A model generated the notes under the pieces. The model was not told the DNA's origin and ran no database searches. It was given only the letters and a program-made list of their open reading frames with translations. Below are positions 23,815 through 34,100 of a DNA stretch of 64,000 nucleotides, piece after piece. Origin of the DNA: an uncultured Gammaproteobacteria bacterium (lineage in GTDB: Bacteria > Pseudomonadota > Gammaproteobacteria > Burkholderiales > Thiobacillaceae). Each line of letters begins with the position of its first letter. Positions within the stretch are counted from its first letter, which is position 1. The position numbers and the translations under genes are program-made. The DNA lies in assembly GCA_947085345.1 (NCBI GenBank), contig CAMTWC010000016.1:5657-69656 (forward strand), given 5' to 3'.

Positions 23815-23843
23815 CCGCGAAGTACGCGAAGGCCACGAAGAAA
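23815..23843 (+). repeat. Solitary arm of three short direct repeats (CGCGAAG, CGCGAAG, CACGAAG)
   Basis: CCGCGAAGTACGCGAAGGCCACGAAGAAA with 9-nt period; same architecture as the arms of the 45652-45771 element, but no partner arm is nearby. Confidence 0.4.
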
Positions 23844-23999
23844 GACGCTGGAATCGGCCGGGTTCAGCCCTTTGGCTGTGTGAGGAAGCATTCATGCGAG
23901 CATGACCCTGATGCGGTTGACCGTTACGATCCTGCAGGGCCAGAACCTTGGGCCGTTGGAGTAAATGTCGTGAGCCTGACGCTTGCAGCAAGCAAACGT

Positions 24000-24626
24000 A
24001 TGCAGTCGCGTGGGGAAGAAATCGCGAACAGCCTCAGTCACGGATTCGGGCTGGTCGCGGCACTCGTGGCAACGCCGTTCCTGATACTGCATGCGGTACG
24101 GCAGGGCGAGGTGGGGTTCATTGTCGGCGCGAGTATCTTCGCCGCGACCATGGTGCTGCTGTACCTTGCCTCCACGCTTTATCACGCGCTGCCGGCCGGC
24201 CGCGCCAAGGGGGTGTTTCGGGTCATCGAGCACGCCGCGATCTTTCTTCTCATCGCGGGGACGTACACCCCGTTCAGCCTGGGGGTGCTGCATGGCGCAT
24301 GGGGCTGGACGCTGCTCGGCCTGGTATGGGGTCTTGCCGCGGCCGGGGTGGTGCTGAAGGCATTGAACCGGATGGCCCATCCCATTCTTTCCACCGGCCT
24401 GTATCTGCTCATGGGCTGGCTCATAGTGATCGCCGCTCAACCCTTGTCTGCCCGCGTGCCCGTATCCGGGCTGCTATGGCTGGTCGCCGGCGGCCTGGCT
24501 TACACGCTGGGGGTGATTTTCTTTGCGTTCGATTCGCGCCTGCGATACGGCCATTTCATCTGGCATCTGTTCGTCATGGCGGGCACCGCCTGCCATTACT
24601 TCGCCGTGCTCGGGTATGCGGTCTGA
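24000..24626 (+). CDS. Hemolysin III / PAQR family membrane protein (TrhA/YqfA-like)
   Basis: EEIANSLSHG, STLYHA, EHAAIFLLIAGTYTPF, HFIWHLFV. Confidence 0.92.
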   Translation: MQSRGEEIANSLSHGFGLVAALVATPFLILHAVRQGEVGFIVGASIFAATMVLLYLASTLYHALPAGRAKGVFRVIEHAAIFLLIAGTYTPFSLGVLHGAWGWTLLGLVWGLAAAGVVLKALNRMAHPILSTGLYLLMGWLIVIAAQPLSARVPVSGLLWLVAGGLAYTLGVIFFAFDSRLRYGHFIWHLFVMAGTACHYFAVLGYAV

Positions 24627-24635
24627 GAAAGCCAC

Positions 24636-24914
24636 TCAGCTTCTACGCAGCCTGCGCCCGATCTGCCAAACCACCCAGCCGCGCTGCAGCCATGTGCCGA
24701 CGCGTCGTGGGCGCAAGGCTACAAGCAGGAGCGCGGCACCCACCATCAAGGCGGGGTGGCGTCTGACGTAGCGAAGCGCCGCGATCCCCCGGTCGGCCAG
24801 GGCCAGGCGCGCACGCCACGGCGCCAGGTCGTGTGCCAGCGCGGTTCGCTGGGCCGCGGCGCGCGCCACCAGTTGGCGGCGACGCTCGGCCAGGCGGGTC
24901 AATTTTCTGTTCAT
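24636..24914 (-). CDS. YqjK-like protein
   Basis: Basic, Arg/Leu-rich, third gene of an elaB-yqjE-yqjK type operon with ATGA-type overlap. Confidence 0.75.
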   Translation of the reverse strand: MNRKLTRLAERRRQLVARAAAQRTALAHDLAPWRARLALADRGIAALRYVRRHPALMVGAALLLVALRPRRVGTWLQRGWVVWQIGRRLRRS

Positions 24915-25303
24915 GATCCGGTGGTGAGATGCTGCTTATCCTTGGACAATTCGGCCAGGCTCGCCTCGAACAGCCGCGGCCGGGTTCGGGTTTTATGCAT
25001 GGCGAACCACGCCGTCCCGGCGCCGGCTATCAGAAAAAGTCCGGTCAACCCAGCCAGCGCCACGAGCCGGTGTGTCTCCCAGAAGGCGACCACGATCAGC
25101 AGCGCCAGCAGCAGCACGCCCACGCCCATGAAAAAAAGCGCGACCTGCACCAGCAGCAGGAGCGTGATCAGATGCTCACGCTCCTCGGCGATGTCCGTGG
25201 ACAACAACTCGAGACGGGTGTGGACAATGCCGATCAGGCTGGCCGACAGCGTTTTCAGGGATTCGAACAATCCCCCCGCTGCATGTGATTCCTCAGCCAT
25301 CAC
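24911..25303 (-). CDS. YqjE / phage-holin superfamily III membrane protein
   Basis: TRLELLSTDIAEER, two TM helices, RLFEASLAELSKD. Confidence 0.85.
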   Translation of the reverse strand: MMAEESHAAGGLFESLKTLSASLIGIVHTRLELLSTDIAEEREHLITLLLLVQVALFFMGVGVLLLALLIVVAFWETHRLVALAGLTGLFLIAGAGTAWFAMHKTRTRPRLFEASLAELSKDKQHLTTGS

Positions 25304-25307
25304 CCGC

Positions 25308-25643
25308 TTAGCGGCGCCCGATCAGCAGGCCGATCACCACGCCGACGCTTGCAGCGATCCCAATGGCTTGCCACGGATGGACGTGGACATATTCGTCCGT
25401 CGCCTTGGCGGCAGCCTTGGTTCGCGCCAGCAGCGCTTCCTCCGCATCGATCATTTTTGCTTTTGCGGCAGAGAGCGACTCAAGCACCTTGGCGCGCGTT
25501 GCCGCCATCGCTTCGCCGCTCTGGCCGGCCGTGGCCTTCAGCAGGGCTTCCGCATCGGCTACCACCACCTTGAAATCGTGGATCAACTGCTCTTTCGTCA
25601 CGTCGGCCGGATCGGTTTCGACCGATAGATTCTTGGTGCTCAT
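25308..25643 (-). CDS. DUF883 / ElaB-YqjD family membrane-anchored ribosome-binding protein
   Basis: ADAEALLKATA, TDEYVHVHPWQAIGIAASVGVVIGLLIGRR; start set at ATG 25643. Confidence 0.9.
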   Translation of the reverse strand: MSTKNLSVETDPADVTKEQLIHDFKVVVADAEALLKATAGQSGEAMAATRAKVLESLSAAKAKMIDAEEALLARTKAAAKATDEYVHVHPWQAIGIAASVGVVIGLLIGRR

Positions 25644-25989
25644 GGATATTTTTCCTTTCGTTAGAAGAACAAACACTCGAATGACGACCTCAGACACCCT
25701 TAAACTTAGACACTCCTGAACCCAATGGCAAATGGCTTGCCTGAGCCTGCTTTTCGTTCAATCCGGTCAACCTGATGGACTGGAGTGGGGTGGGATGCGT
25801 GGCCAGCCGCTTCTGCGGAGCCGCGTCTTCGTCTATTGCGATGACCAGCGCGCTTCGTTCCGGCATGTCATGCGGGAGGATTTCAGGAAATGAAGTCCCG
25901 ACAAGGCGCATCGCGTTGAACGGGGGCGCCAGACCGGCACAGCCGCGGCCGGAAGTTGTATCCGGCAGCGGCCCGCGGTCAGCTATCGC

Positions 25990-26304
25990 TCACTTGAGCC
26001 GCATGTCGTTCTTGACGGCTGTCACGCCCTTGACGCTGCGCGCAAGGCTGACTGCCTTGCTGATATCGGCCTGGGAATTGACAAAGCCGCTCAGCTGAAC
26101 CACGCCCTTGAAGGTCTCGACGTTGATCTCGGCCGATTTCAGGCTGGGTTCGTTGAAAATCGCTGCCTTCACCTTGGTGGTGATGACGGCGTCGTCGATA
26201 TACTCGCCGGTACCCGCTTGCTGGGAAGTCGATGCGCATCCGACGACGGACACCAGCGTAATGGCCAGGAAAAGTGCGGAAAGCGTTTTGCTGAATTGGT
26301 TCAT
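25990..26304 (-). CDS. BON-domain lipoprotein (OsmY-like)
   Basis: Lipobox VVGC, IDDAVITTKVKA, INVETFKGVVQLSGFV, VKGVTAVKNDMRLK. Confidence 0.92.
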   Translation of the reverse strand: MNQFSKTLSALFLAITLVSVVGCASTSQQAGTGEYIDDAVITTKVKAAIFNEPSLKSAEINVETFKGVVQLSGFVNSQADISKAVSLARSVKGVTAVKNDMRLK

Positions 26305-26420
26305 GATTGACTCCAGAGGTAAGTGAAACAGGGACGACTTGATTCGGGATTCCTATCGACAAGCCAGAGCGACCAGAGCCCAATGGGCCACGCCCGCACG
26401 GATGTCTGGACCTCGATCAC

Positions 26421-26463
26421 AGCATAGCGACCAGGATGGGTGCGGTCGGTACGGTGGCGCACA
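26421..26463 (-). promoter_or_regulatory. CRP-like site plus -10 hexamer driving the BON gene
   Basis: Minus strand TGTGCG-CCAC-CGTACC (26448-26463), 21-nt gap, then TATGCT (26421-26426) preceded by C. Confidence 0.7.
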
Positions 26464-26534
26464 TAGTGCAGTGTGGACTGCCGCAAGATTTTTCTTGCGG
26501 AGGGTTGAGCCGGAATCATGCTTACGCGAATGCC

Positions 26535-26960
26535 TTAACGATTAGGCCCATGATCACGATCGTTGCCGTGGCGGTCGTTCTGGTTGCCGCGACGATCGTC
26601 CCTGTGCCCGTCACGGCGGTCATCGCGATGTTGTTTCTGATAATTCGGAACGTACTCGCGGCTGTACCAGTCGTTTTGCACAAAGTAGACGCGTTCGCCG
26701 CAGGCGTTGTACTCGCGGCAGTGTTTGCGCCAGTTCCTGGCATGACCAGGGGGCACATGCAGGTAGATCGGCGGGCGGCTCGCCGCTACCCGCTGGATGA
26801 CTCGTGGCTCCCGATAGATAATGCGTGGCGGCGGATAGCCGCCGATGTCGATCTGGCCATAGAAGCCGGGCTGACCGATGCTGATGGACACCCCGACATC
26901 GGCCGCGAGTGCCGGAACGGTGGCGGCGGCCAGTGCGGCTGCGAAGAGTGAGCGTTTCAT
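26535..26960 (-). CDS. Secreted Pro/Arg-rich hypothetical protein
   Basis: Signal peptide MKRSLFAAALAAATVPALA, then DVGVSISIGQPGFYGQIDIG, YLHVPPGH, Asp/Arg/His-rich tail; start set at ATG 26960. Confidence 0.8.
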   Translation of the reverse strand: MKRSLFAAALAAATVPALAADVGVSISIGQPGFYGQIDIGGYPPPRIIYREPRVIQRVAASRPPIYLHVPPGHARNWRKHCREYNACGERVYFVQNDWYSREYVPNYQKQHRDDRRDGHRDDRRGNQNDRHGNDRDHGPNR

Positions 26961-27106
26961 ATTGAGGCTCCTGTGAGTAGTTGTCGTGCTTACATGCGTG
27001 AGGGTGTTGCCGCAGATCGGGACGCCGCTACAGCGGAAGGGAATCAGCGCCAGCCTGAAGTCTCCGCCGAAGGGCGGTCTTGTTCCGTGCGTAACTGCTT
27101 GCGATA

Positions 27107-27149
27107 AGACTACGCGAACACCGCCACCCAATCTGTGCGCTAGCGCACG
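27107..27149 (-). promoter_or_regulatory. CRP-like site plus -10 hexamer driving the Pro-rich protein gene
   Basis: TGTGCG-CTAG-CGCACG (27134-27149), 21-nt gap, minus-strand TAGTCT (27107-27112). Confidence 0.72.
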
Positions 27150-27183
27150 CAGGATCATTGGCGATCCTGCGCGGTCGCCTCCA

Positions 27184-27226
27184 TGTTCGCCAGCGCACTG
27201 AACGGTGCGCGGCATTCGCCTATGCT
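27184..27226 (+). promoter_or_regulatory. CRP-like site plus -10 hexamer driving the collagen-like lipoprotein operon
   Basis: TGTTCG-CCAG-CGCACT (27184-27199), 21-nt gap, TATGCT (27221-27226) preceded by C. Confidence 0.72.
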
Positions 27227-27324
27227 GTCGATCTTCCGGGTGCGACATCTCAAGTCGAGCCGGTTCTCTCGCGGATGGCTCGACGCCCTCCGTGCCACGA
27301 TGTATCTCTTGCCAAGGATTGACC

Positions 27325-27576
27325 ATGAACCATACGCTACTGATTTCCACACTGCTCGCAACGCTGAGCCTGGCTGCTTGTGACAGGCCGACCGTGGTCA
27401 CGGTGCCCGCCGCGCCCGTCGCGGTTCCCGGCCCCGCGGGTCCGCAGGGTGCCACCGGCAGCCAGGGTGCAACCGGCTATCAGGGCAACGAGGGTGTCCA
27501 GGGCGAGGCCGGCAAGTCAGGCGATGGCACCACGGTGATCGTGGTGCCGGCCGAGGCTGCTGCGCCGACGAACTGA
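27325..27576 (+). CDS. Small lipoprotein with collagen-like Gly-X-Y repeats
   Basis: Lipobox LAAC; 11 consecutive GXY triplets from GPA to GDG; start set at ATG 27325. Confidence 0.8.
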   Translation: MNHTLLISTLLATLSLAACDRPTVVTVPAAPVAVPGPAGPQGATGSQGATGYQGNEGVQGEAGKSGDGTTVIVVPAEAAAPTN

Positions 27577-27604
27577 ATCCACTTGCCCATTCGAGGCGCG
27601 CCTC

Positions 27605-27761
27605 ATGTTGGGAACTATACCGTTGGCCGTTCTGATCCTGATGCTGCTCGGCGCCGTTCCGCGTTGGGCTCATAGCCGGAATTGGGGCTACGGCCGCCAG
27701 TGGCGGACTGGGTTTGCTGGTGGCCGTCGACATCGTGCTGCTGCTGATGGGGCGGCTGTGA
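27605..27761 (+). pseudogene. DUF3309 family small membrane protein with a +1 frameshift
   Basis: MLGTIPL...HSRNWGYG; removing one base after GGC TAC GGC restores PSGGLGLLVAVDIVLLLMGRL-stop (51 aa). Confidence 0.75.
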
Positions 27762-27826
27762 CGAGCCGTCGCGCGCTGCGGTCCGGCTGATGTGACCCTG
27801 CACAGCGCCGGGTTGATGGAGGATTG

Positions 27827-29237
27827 ATGGTTGCAGGAACCCTGAAGTCGGCGCATCTGCGGCATTGGCCAGCCGCAGCCCTGCTCGTACTGACTGGTTG
27901 CAGCAGCCTGCCGACCATCGTGCCCGACCTGGCCCGGCGCCCCGGCCCGCCCGTGCAACTGGAAGGGGCGCGCGGCGCGCTATCGGCCGCGCACAGCAAG
28001 GCAATCCTCGACCGGCTGGAAAACCGCAGCCAGGAAACCGGCATCTTCGACCACCACCTGGCGCGCGAAGAGGCCATCGTCGGCAGCCCGCTGACCGCCG
28101 GCAACCAGGTGCGGTTGCTGCAGGACGGCCCGGCCACCTACCAGGCGATGTACGCAGCCATCATGGCGGCCCGGGACCATATCAACATGGAAACCTACAT
28201 CCTGGACGACGACGAAGTCGGCCAGCGCTTTGCGCAGGCACTGATCACCAAGCAGGGGCAGGGCGTGCAGGTCAATCTCATCCGTGACAGCGTGGGCACC
28301 CTCGGCACACCGGCGGCCTTCTTCCAGCAACTGACCGACAGCGGCGTCCAGGTGCTCGAATTCAACCCCATCAACCCCCTGGTGTCGCGCAAGGAATGGA
28401 CGTTGAATCAGCGCGACCACCGCAAGCTGCTGATTGTCGACGGACACACGGCGTTTCTCGGCGGGATCAACATCAGCGGCGTCTACTCCGGTGGCTCGTT
28501 CCGCTTCGGTTCGCGAGCGAAGCCCGACGAGGGGGCAGAGCCTGGCCTTGCTTGGCGCGATACCGACCTGCAACTGCAGGGGCCGGTGGTGGCCGAGTTC
28601 CAGAAGCTGTTCCTCGCGACCTGGGAAAACCAGAAGGGCGAGCCGCTGCCCGGGAAGAACTACTTTCCGCCGCCCGAGCACGCGGGCCCGCACCTGGTGC
28701 GCGCGATCGGCAGTTCGCCCGACGAATCCTTCAGCCTGATTTATGCCACGCTGCTCTCGGCCATCGCCAGCGCGGAAGTCAGCGTGAATATCACCAATGC
28801 GTATTTTGCCCCCGACCCGCAGCTGCTCGACGCGCTCGAAGCGGCCGCCCGGCGTGGCGTCGGCGTGACCTTAGATTCTGCCGAGCCAGACCGATTCCTG
28901 GCTGGTGTTCCATGCCGGACGCAACTACTACGACCGGCTGCTGCGAGCGGGGGTGAAAATCCACGAGCGGCGCGGCGTGATCCTGCATTCCAAGACCGCG
29001 CTGATCGACGGCGTCTGGGCCACGGTCGGCTCGACCAACCTCGACTGGCGCAGTTTCCTGCACAACCACGAACTGAACGCGGTGGTGCTGGGGCCGGAAT
29101 TTGGAAAACAGGTGCAGGCGATGTTCGACAAGGATCTCGCAGCGTCCGACGCGATCATGCTCGAGCAATGGCAGCGCCGGGCGCTCGATCTGCGCCTCAC
29201 GGAATGGTTCGCCCGGGTCTGGGAGTATTGGCTGTAG
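27827..29237 (+). pseudogene. cls: Cardiolipin synthase (ClsB-like PLD) split by a +1 frameshift near 28874
   Basis: First HKD (RDHRKLLIVDG) is in one frame, second (LHSKTALIDG...VGSTNLD) in another; deleting one base in TTAGATT restores GVTLILPSQTDSWLVFHAG. Confidence 0.85.
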
Positions 29238-29299
29238 CCAGGACGGCCAGTTCCATCGTTCCCTTGCGACCGGCCGCCGGGCTGGATGATTAGCGCGAT

Positions 29300-30198
29300 G
29301 TCTGCTGACGCAGATATTCACTCCGTTTCATATCGAAATAGGCGGTTCGGTCCACTTCGCGCAATTGGCAGGGGGGATTGCCCGGTGTCGGTGAACCAGC
29401 TTTGCAGGCGTTTCTGGAGCTGCAAAGGCGGCGGTGTGGCCAATGCGCCAAGATTAGGCGTCGATGGCGAGGTAATAGCGCATGGTGTTGCGTTCCACCA
29501 CGCCACGCATGCCGCCGATATATTCAGGCTGGCCGCTGGATTGCCTGCCGACCTGGGTGAATCCCACCTTGCGCTTCCAATGGTCGCGAGGTAAGTCTTC
29601 ATGGCAAGTCGCCCAGCCATTCCGTAATCATACGAATAGGTGAGATGCAGAAAGGTCCGGCCGTTTCCAACGGGGACGGCTTGCAGCTGGATGCGATAGT
29701 TGCGGGTACTCAGCGGTCCCCCTGCGCATTGAGCTGGATCGCCAAGTAATTCGCTGTCGCCGCGGTGACGCGATAGGCGCATTCGATGGGATAGGTATCC
29801 CGGATGGGCTGAGGGGTTTTCTTGCCGATGCTGGCTGATAGGACGGTGGTGGCCTGGTCGGTCGTGGCACGGCGGTACTTGGTGTTGATATGCAGGATCG
29901 GCACGTCGCACCAGTGCTACGGGCCGTTGAGTGCCGCACTGACGGTGGACGGGTAATCGACCAGGGCATAGATATCGCCTTTCAAATCGTTGGACAATTC
30001 GAAAGAGTCGAGGGAGAGCGCCCGCCGAAACGGGCTGTGATGGAGTTGCTCACCCAGCGACGCGTATTTGGCGTGGAGGGATGCGGCGGAATGCGTTCCC
30101 GGCACGGAGGCAAAGGCCAGCCCCGTGCTGGAAAACGCGATCCAGGCGAGCAACAGTCGCGTCAGCCAGGCCAATGGGGTTGCCCAAGTGTGGTTCAT
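29300..30198 (-). pseudogene. Decayed exported hypothetical protein (one nonsense codon and several frameshifts)
   Basis: Signal peptide from ATG 30198; in-frame TAG at 29917-29919 followed by same-frame HWCDVPILHINTKY; later segments (GPLSTRNYRI...FLHLTYSY, KVGFT...VERNTMRYYLAID, LQKRLQSWF) lie in changing frames; 3' end approximate. Confidence 0.7.
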
Positions 30199-30318
30199 CA
30201 ATATATGTCCTTTTGCACGATGATGTGGGCTGCAGGTAGTTCTGTTGCGGCCGCGGATAGTCGTCGATGTCTGGGTGGCCATCTAAAAACGGGTTGGCCG
30301 AGGACCCGCACAGCCCTG

Positions 30319-30947
30319 TCACGTATTGTTCAGCGGCCCCGCACCCGTCCGGCCGATCATGGCGAGAAACTCGCGCCGGGTTGAGCCATTCGAGCGGAAG
30401 GCGCCCAGCATGCGGCTGGTCACCATGGCCACGCCCGGCTTGTGCACGCCGCGCGTGGTCATGCACTGATGTGACCCCTCGATCACCACCGCGTCCCCTT
30501 TCGGCTGCAACACGTCGTTGAGCGTATCGGCGATCTGCACTGTCATTCTTTCCTGGATCTGGAGACGTTTGGCATAGATGTCGACCAGGCGGGCAAGCTT
30601 GGAGATGCCCACCACCCGGTGGTCGGGGAGGTAGGCAACGTGCGCCTTGCCGATGATGGGCACCATGTGGTGCTCGCAATGGCTTTCGAAGCGGATGTCG
30701 GTCATGACGATCATTTCGTCGTAGCCATCCACTTCGGAGAAGGTACGCGACAGAACCTGCGCCGGATCGTCGAGATAGCCGGCGAAGAATTCCTCGTAAG
30801 ACCGCACGACGCGCGCCGGGGTGTCGAGCAGGCCCTCGCGGGTCGGGTCGTCACCTGCCCAGCGGATCAGGGTGCGCACCGCATTCTCGGCGGCCTCGCG
30901 ATCGGGCCGGGCCGGGGCTTCGGGGGGGCAAGCGGGATGGAGGCCAT
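30319..30947 (-). pseudogene. folE: GTP cyclohydrolase I, probably frameshifted in a 5' C7 tract
   Basis: [37 protein letters not shown]; SD-preceded ATG at 30947 is one base out of frame across the G7 run at 30922-30928; in-frame GTG 30879 would clip REAAENAV. Confidence 0.7.
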
Positions 30948-31105
30948 GCGGTCTATCCTTTCCTGTTCAAGCAAGTGGGTGAGCAGACGGCGTGCAGCCG
31001 CACCGGCTCGTCTAGCGGCATTACTGGAGCCACTTCAATAGCTGCCTGCAGTGCAGGCAGGCTTCGGACGTGTCCATAGCCGTTCTATGCAGCAATCAAG
31101 ATTCT

Positions 31106-34100
31106 TCAGCTCAGAACAACCTCGACATGGTGCTCCCGGCGGTCGTCCACCAGGGGGATCACGCCTTGCGGTCGTCCTGCGCCAGCGACGCTGGCGTCAT
31201 ATACCAGGGCGCCGTCCACCGTCACGCGGATCACGTGTCCCGATTGTTCACCGATGCGTCTGATGGTGATGTGGTGGACGGTCTCGCGATAGCGGTAGTG
31301 GATTGTGTACACGTCCCAATGGGCCGGGACGCACGGCGCAATGCGCAGATGGTCCACTTCCAGGTGCAGGCCCAGCAGGGTTTCCACGGTCAGCCGGTAC
31401 ATCCAGCCCGCCGCCCCGGTGTACCAGGTCCAGCCGCCGCGGCCGGTGTGCGGCGACGCGCCATAGATGTCCGCGCACATGACGTAGGGTTCGACCTTGT
31501 AGCGTTCGATGGCCTCGGGCGTGTTGCCGTGATTGACGGGATTGAGCATGGCGAAGCATTCCCACGCGCGTTCCGCGTTACCCATCATGGCAAAAGCCAT
31601 CGTGGTCCAGATCGCGGCATGGGTATATTGGCCGCCGTTCTCGCGGACGCCGGGCACGTAGCCCTTGATGTAGCCGGGCTCCAGGTCTGATGTATCGAAA
31701 GGCGGGTCGAGCAGCTGGATCAGTTGCGCATCGCGCCGCACCAGGCGCTGGTCCACTGCTGCCATCGCCTGGCGGGCCCGCACGGGGTCGCCGCCGTTGG
31801 AGATGACCGCCCAGCTCTGGCTGATCGAATCGATCTGGCATTCGTCGTTGGCGGACGATCCCAGGGGGGTGCCGTCGTCGAACCAGGCGCGCCGATACCA
31901 GGCACCATCCCAGGCTTGGGCCTCGATGTTGGTGCGCAGCAGTGCCGCCTGGTCGCTGCACACCTCGGCAAAGGCTGCGTCGCCCCGGCCACGCGCCAGG
32001 CCGGCAAACAGATCCAGGTTCTCGACCAGGAACCACGCCAGCCACACGCTCTCGCCCTTGCCATCGCGACCGACGAGATTCATGCCGTCGTTCCAGTCGC
32101 CACAGCCCATCAGCGGCAATTGATGTGCACCGAAACGCAGACCGTGTTTGATGGCACGCACGCAATGCTCATAGAGGCTGGCCGCTTCGGGCGAGCGCTG
32201 CGGCTGGTCGTAGTAAGCCTCCTCTTCCGGATTCAACTCGCGTCCCTCCAGGAAATGGATGGGCTCGTCGAGCACGCCCGTATCGCCGGTCGCCCGCACA
32301 TAACGACAGCTTGCATACGGCAGCCACAGATAGTCGTCGGAGAAATGGGTGCGTACGCCCTGTCCGTTGGGCGGGTGCCACCAGTGTTGCACGTCGCCCT
32401 TGAGGAACTGGCGCCCGGCGCAGCGGATCAACTGCTCGCGGGCAAGCCACGGTGTCGCATGGATCAGCGCCATGGTGTCCTGCAATTGATCGCGGAACCC
32501 GTAGGCGCCGCCGGACTGGTAATAGCCACTGCGCCCCCACAGCCTGCAGGACAGGGTCTGATAGACCAGCCAGCCGTTGGCCAGCACGTTCAGCGCAGGG
32601 TCCGGCGTGTCCACATTCACCGCGCCCAGGGTGCGGTTCCAGTGTTCCCACACCGTTTCCAGTGCCTGCCGCGCGCTCGCCCGCCCGCTGAATCGCTGGA
32701 TGAGCTGCCGCGCTTCGTCGGCGTTGCGGGCCGCGCCGAATACGAACACGATCTCGCGCGTTTGTCCGGCGGCCAGTTCGATCCGGCTCTGTATCGCGGC
32801 GCACGGATCCAGGCCGGCCCCGGTCTTGCCCGACAAGCGCGTGCGGCGCATCGCCGCCGGGCTGGCCAGCGAGCCGTTGCGGCCGATGAACTCGGTCCGG
32901 CTTCCGCTCACCGACCGCTCGCGCTCGCTGACCTGCGCAAACACCACCCGGTTGGCGCATTCGCGGCCATAGGCATTGCGGGCAAACAGCGCCCCGGTGT
33001 GCGGATCCGTTTCGGTGACGATGTGCATCAGATTGGCGTGTCGCCACTCGCCGAGCACCAGTTCCCAATACCCGGTCAGCGACAGGCTGCGCGCGCGCTT
33101 CGACTGGTTGTGCAGCTTGACCACCAGGAACTTCACCGGTGCGTCCATGGCGACATAGGTGAACAGTTCCGAGGCGATGCCGGCCTCAAAGTGTTCGAAC
33201 ACGCTGTAGCCGAACCCGTGCCGGCACACGTAGCCTGAGCGGCCGCGGGCGGGCAGGGGCGTCGGCGACCAGAACGCACCCGTTTCCTCGTCGCGGATGT
33301 AGAGCGCCTCGCCGCTGCTGTCGGAGAGCGGGTCATTGTGCCAGGGGGTCAGCCGGAACTCGTGCGCGTTTTCCGCCCAGGTATAGGCGCTGCCGCTCTC
33401 GCTGACGACCGTGCCGATGTGCGGGCTGGCGATCACGTTGACCCACGGCGCCGGCGTGTTCTGACCGGGTTCGAGGGTGACGACGTATTCGTGCCCGTCG
33501 GGCGTGAAGCCGCCCAGGCCGTTGCTGAAAATGCGATCGCGCGCTGCCAGCGGATACACCGGTTCGGTGGTCGCCTGCTGCGAGGGCTCCAGGCGGTCCG
33601 ACGCACGCTCTGCCGACACGCGGCGTTCCACCTGCTCGATCAGGGTCTCGGCGGTATCGCTGAAGACGATGCGGGCGACCGTCTGCAGCAGAACCCGCTC
33701 GTCCTCGGAAAGCTCTTCTGCACGCCGCACGAAGACACCGCCCGGTTTGTCGATCACCTGCGCTTCGGGCCCCGCGTTGATCAGCCCCATGATCAGGTCT
33801 TGCAGCACCGCCCGGTAGCCCGAGAAATCCTCGTTCACGATCACCAGGTCGGCGGTCAGGCCCTTCATTCGCCAATAGGCATGGGCTTGCAGCACCTGCT
33901 TGACCCGGTCGATGCGTTTGATGTCGCCGATGTGCAGCAGGACGATCGGCAGATCGCCCGAGATGGCAAAGCGCCACAGCCCGGACTGCCCCAGCTGGTT
34001 GCGGGCGATGATGCCGGGCGCGGCGCGGCGCAGGCCATTGCCGTAGATGACGGAGTTGGCCAGACGGCCAAAGACCTGTGCGTCGGCTTCGGTGGCGTTG

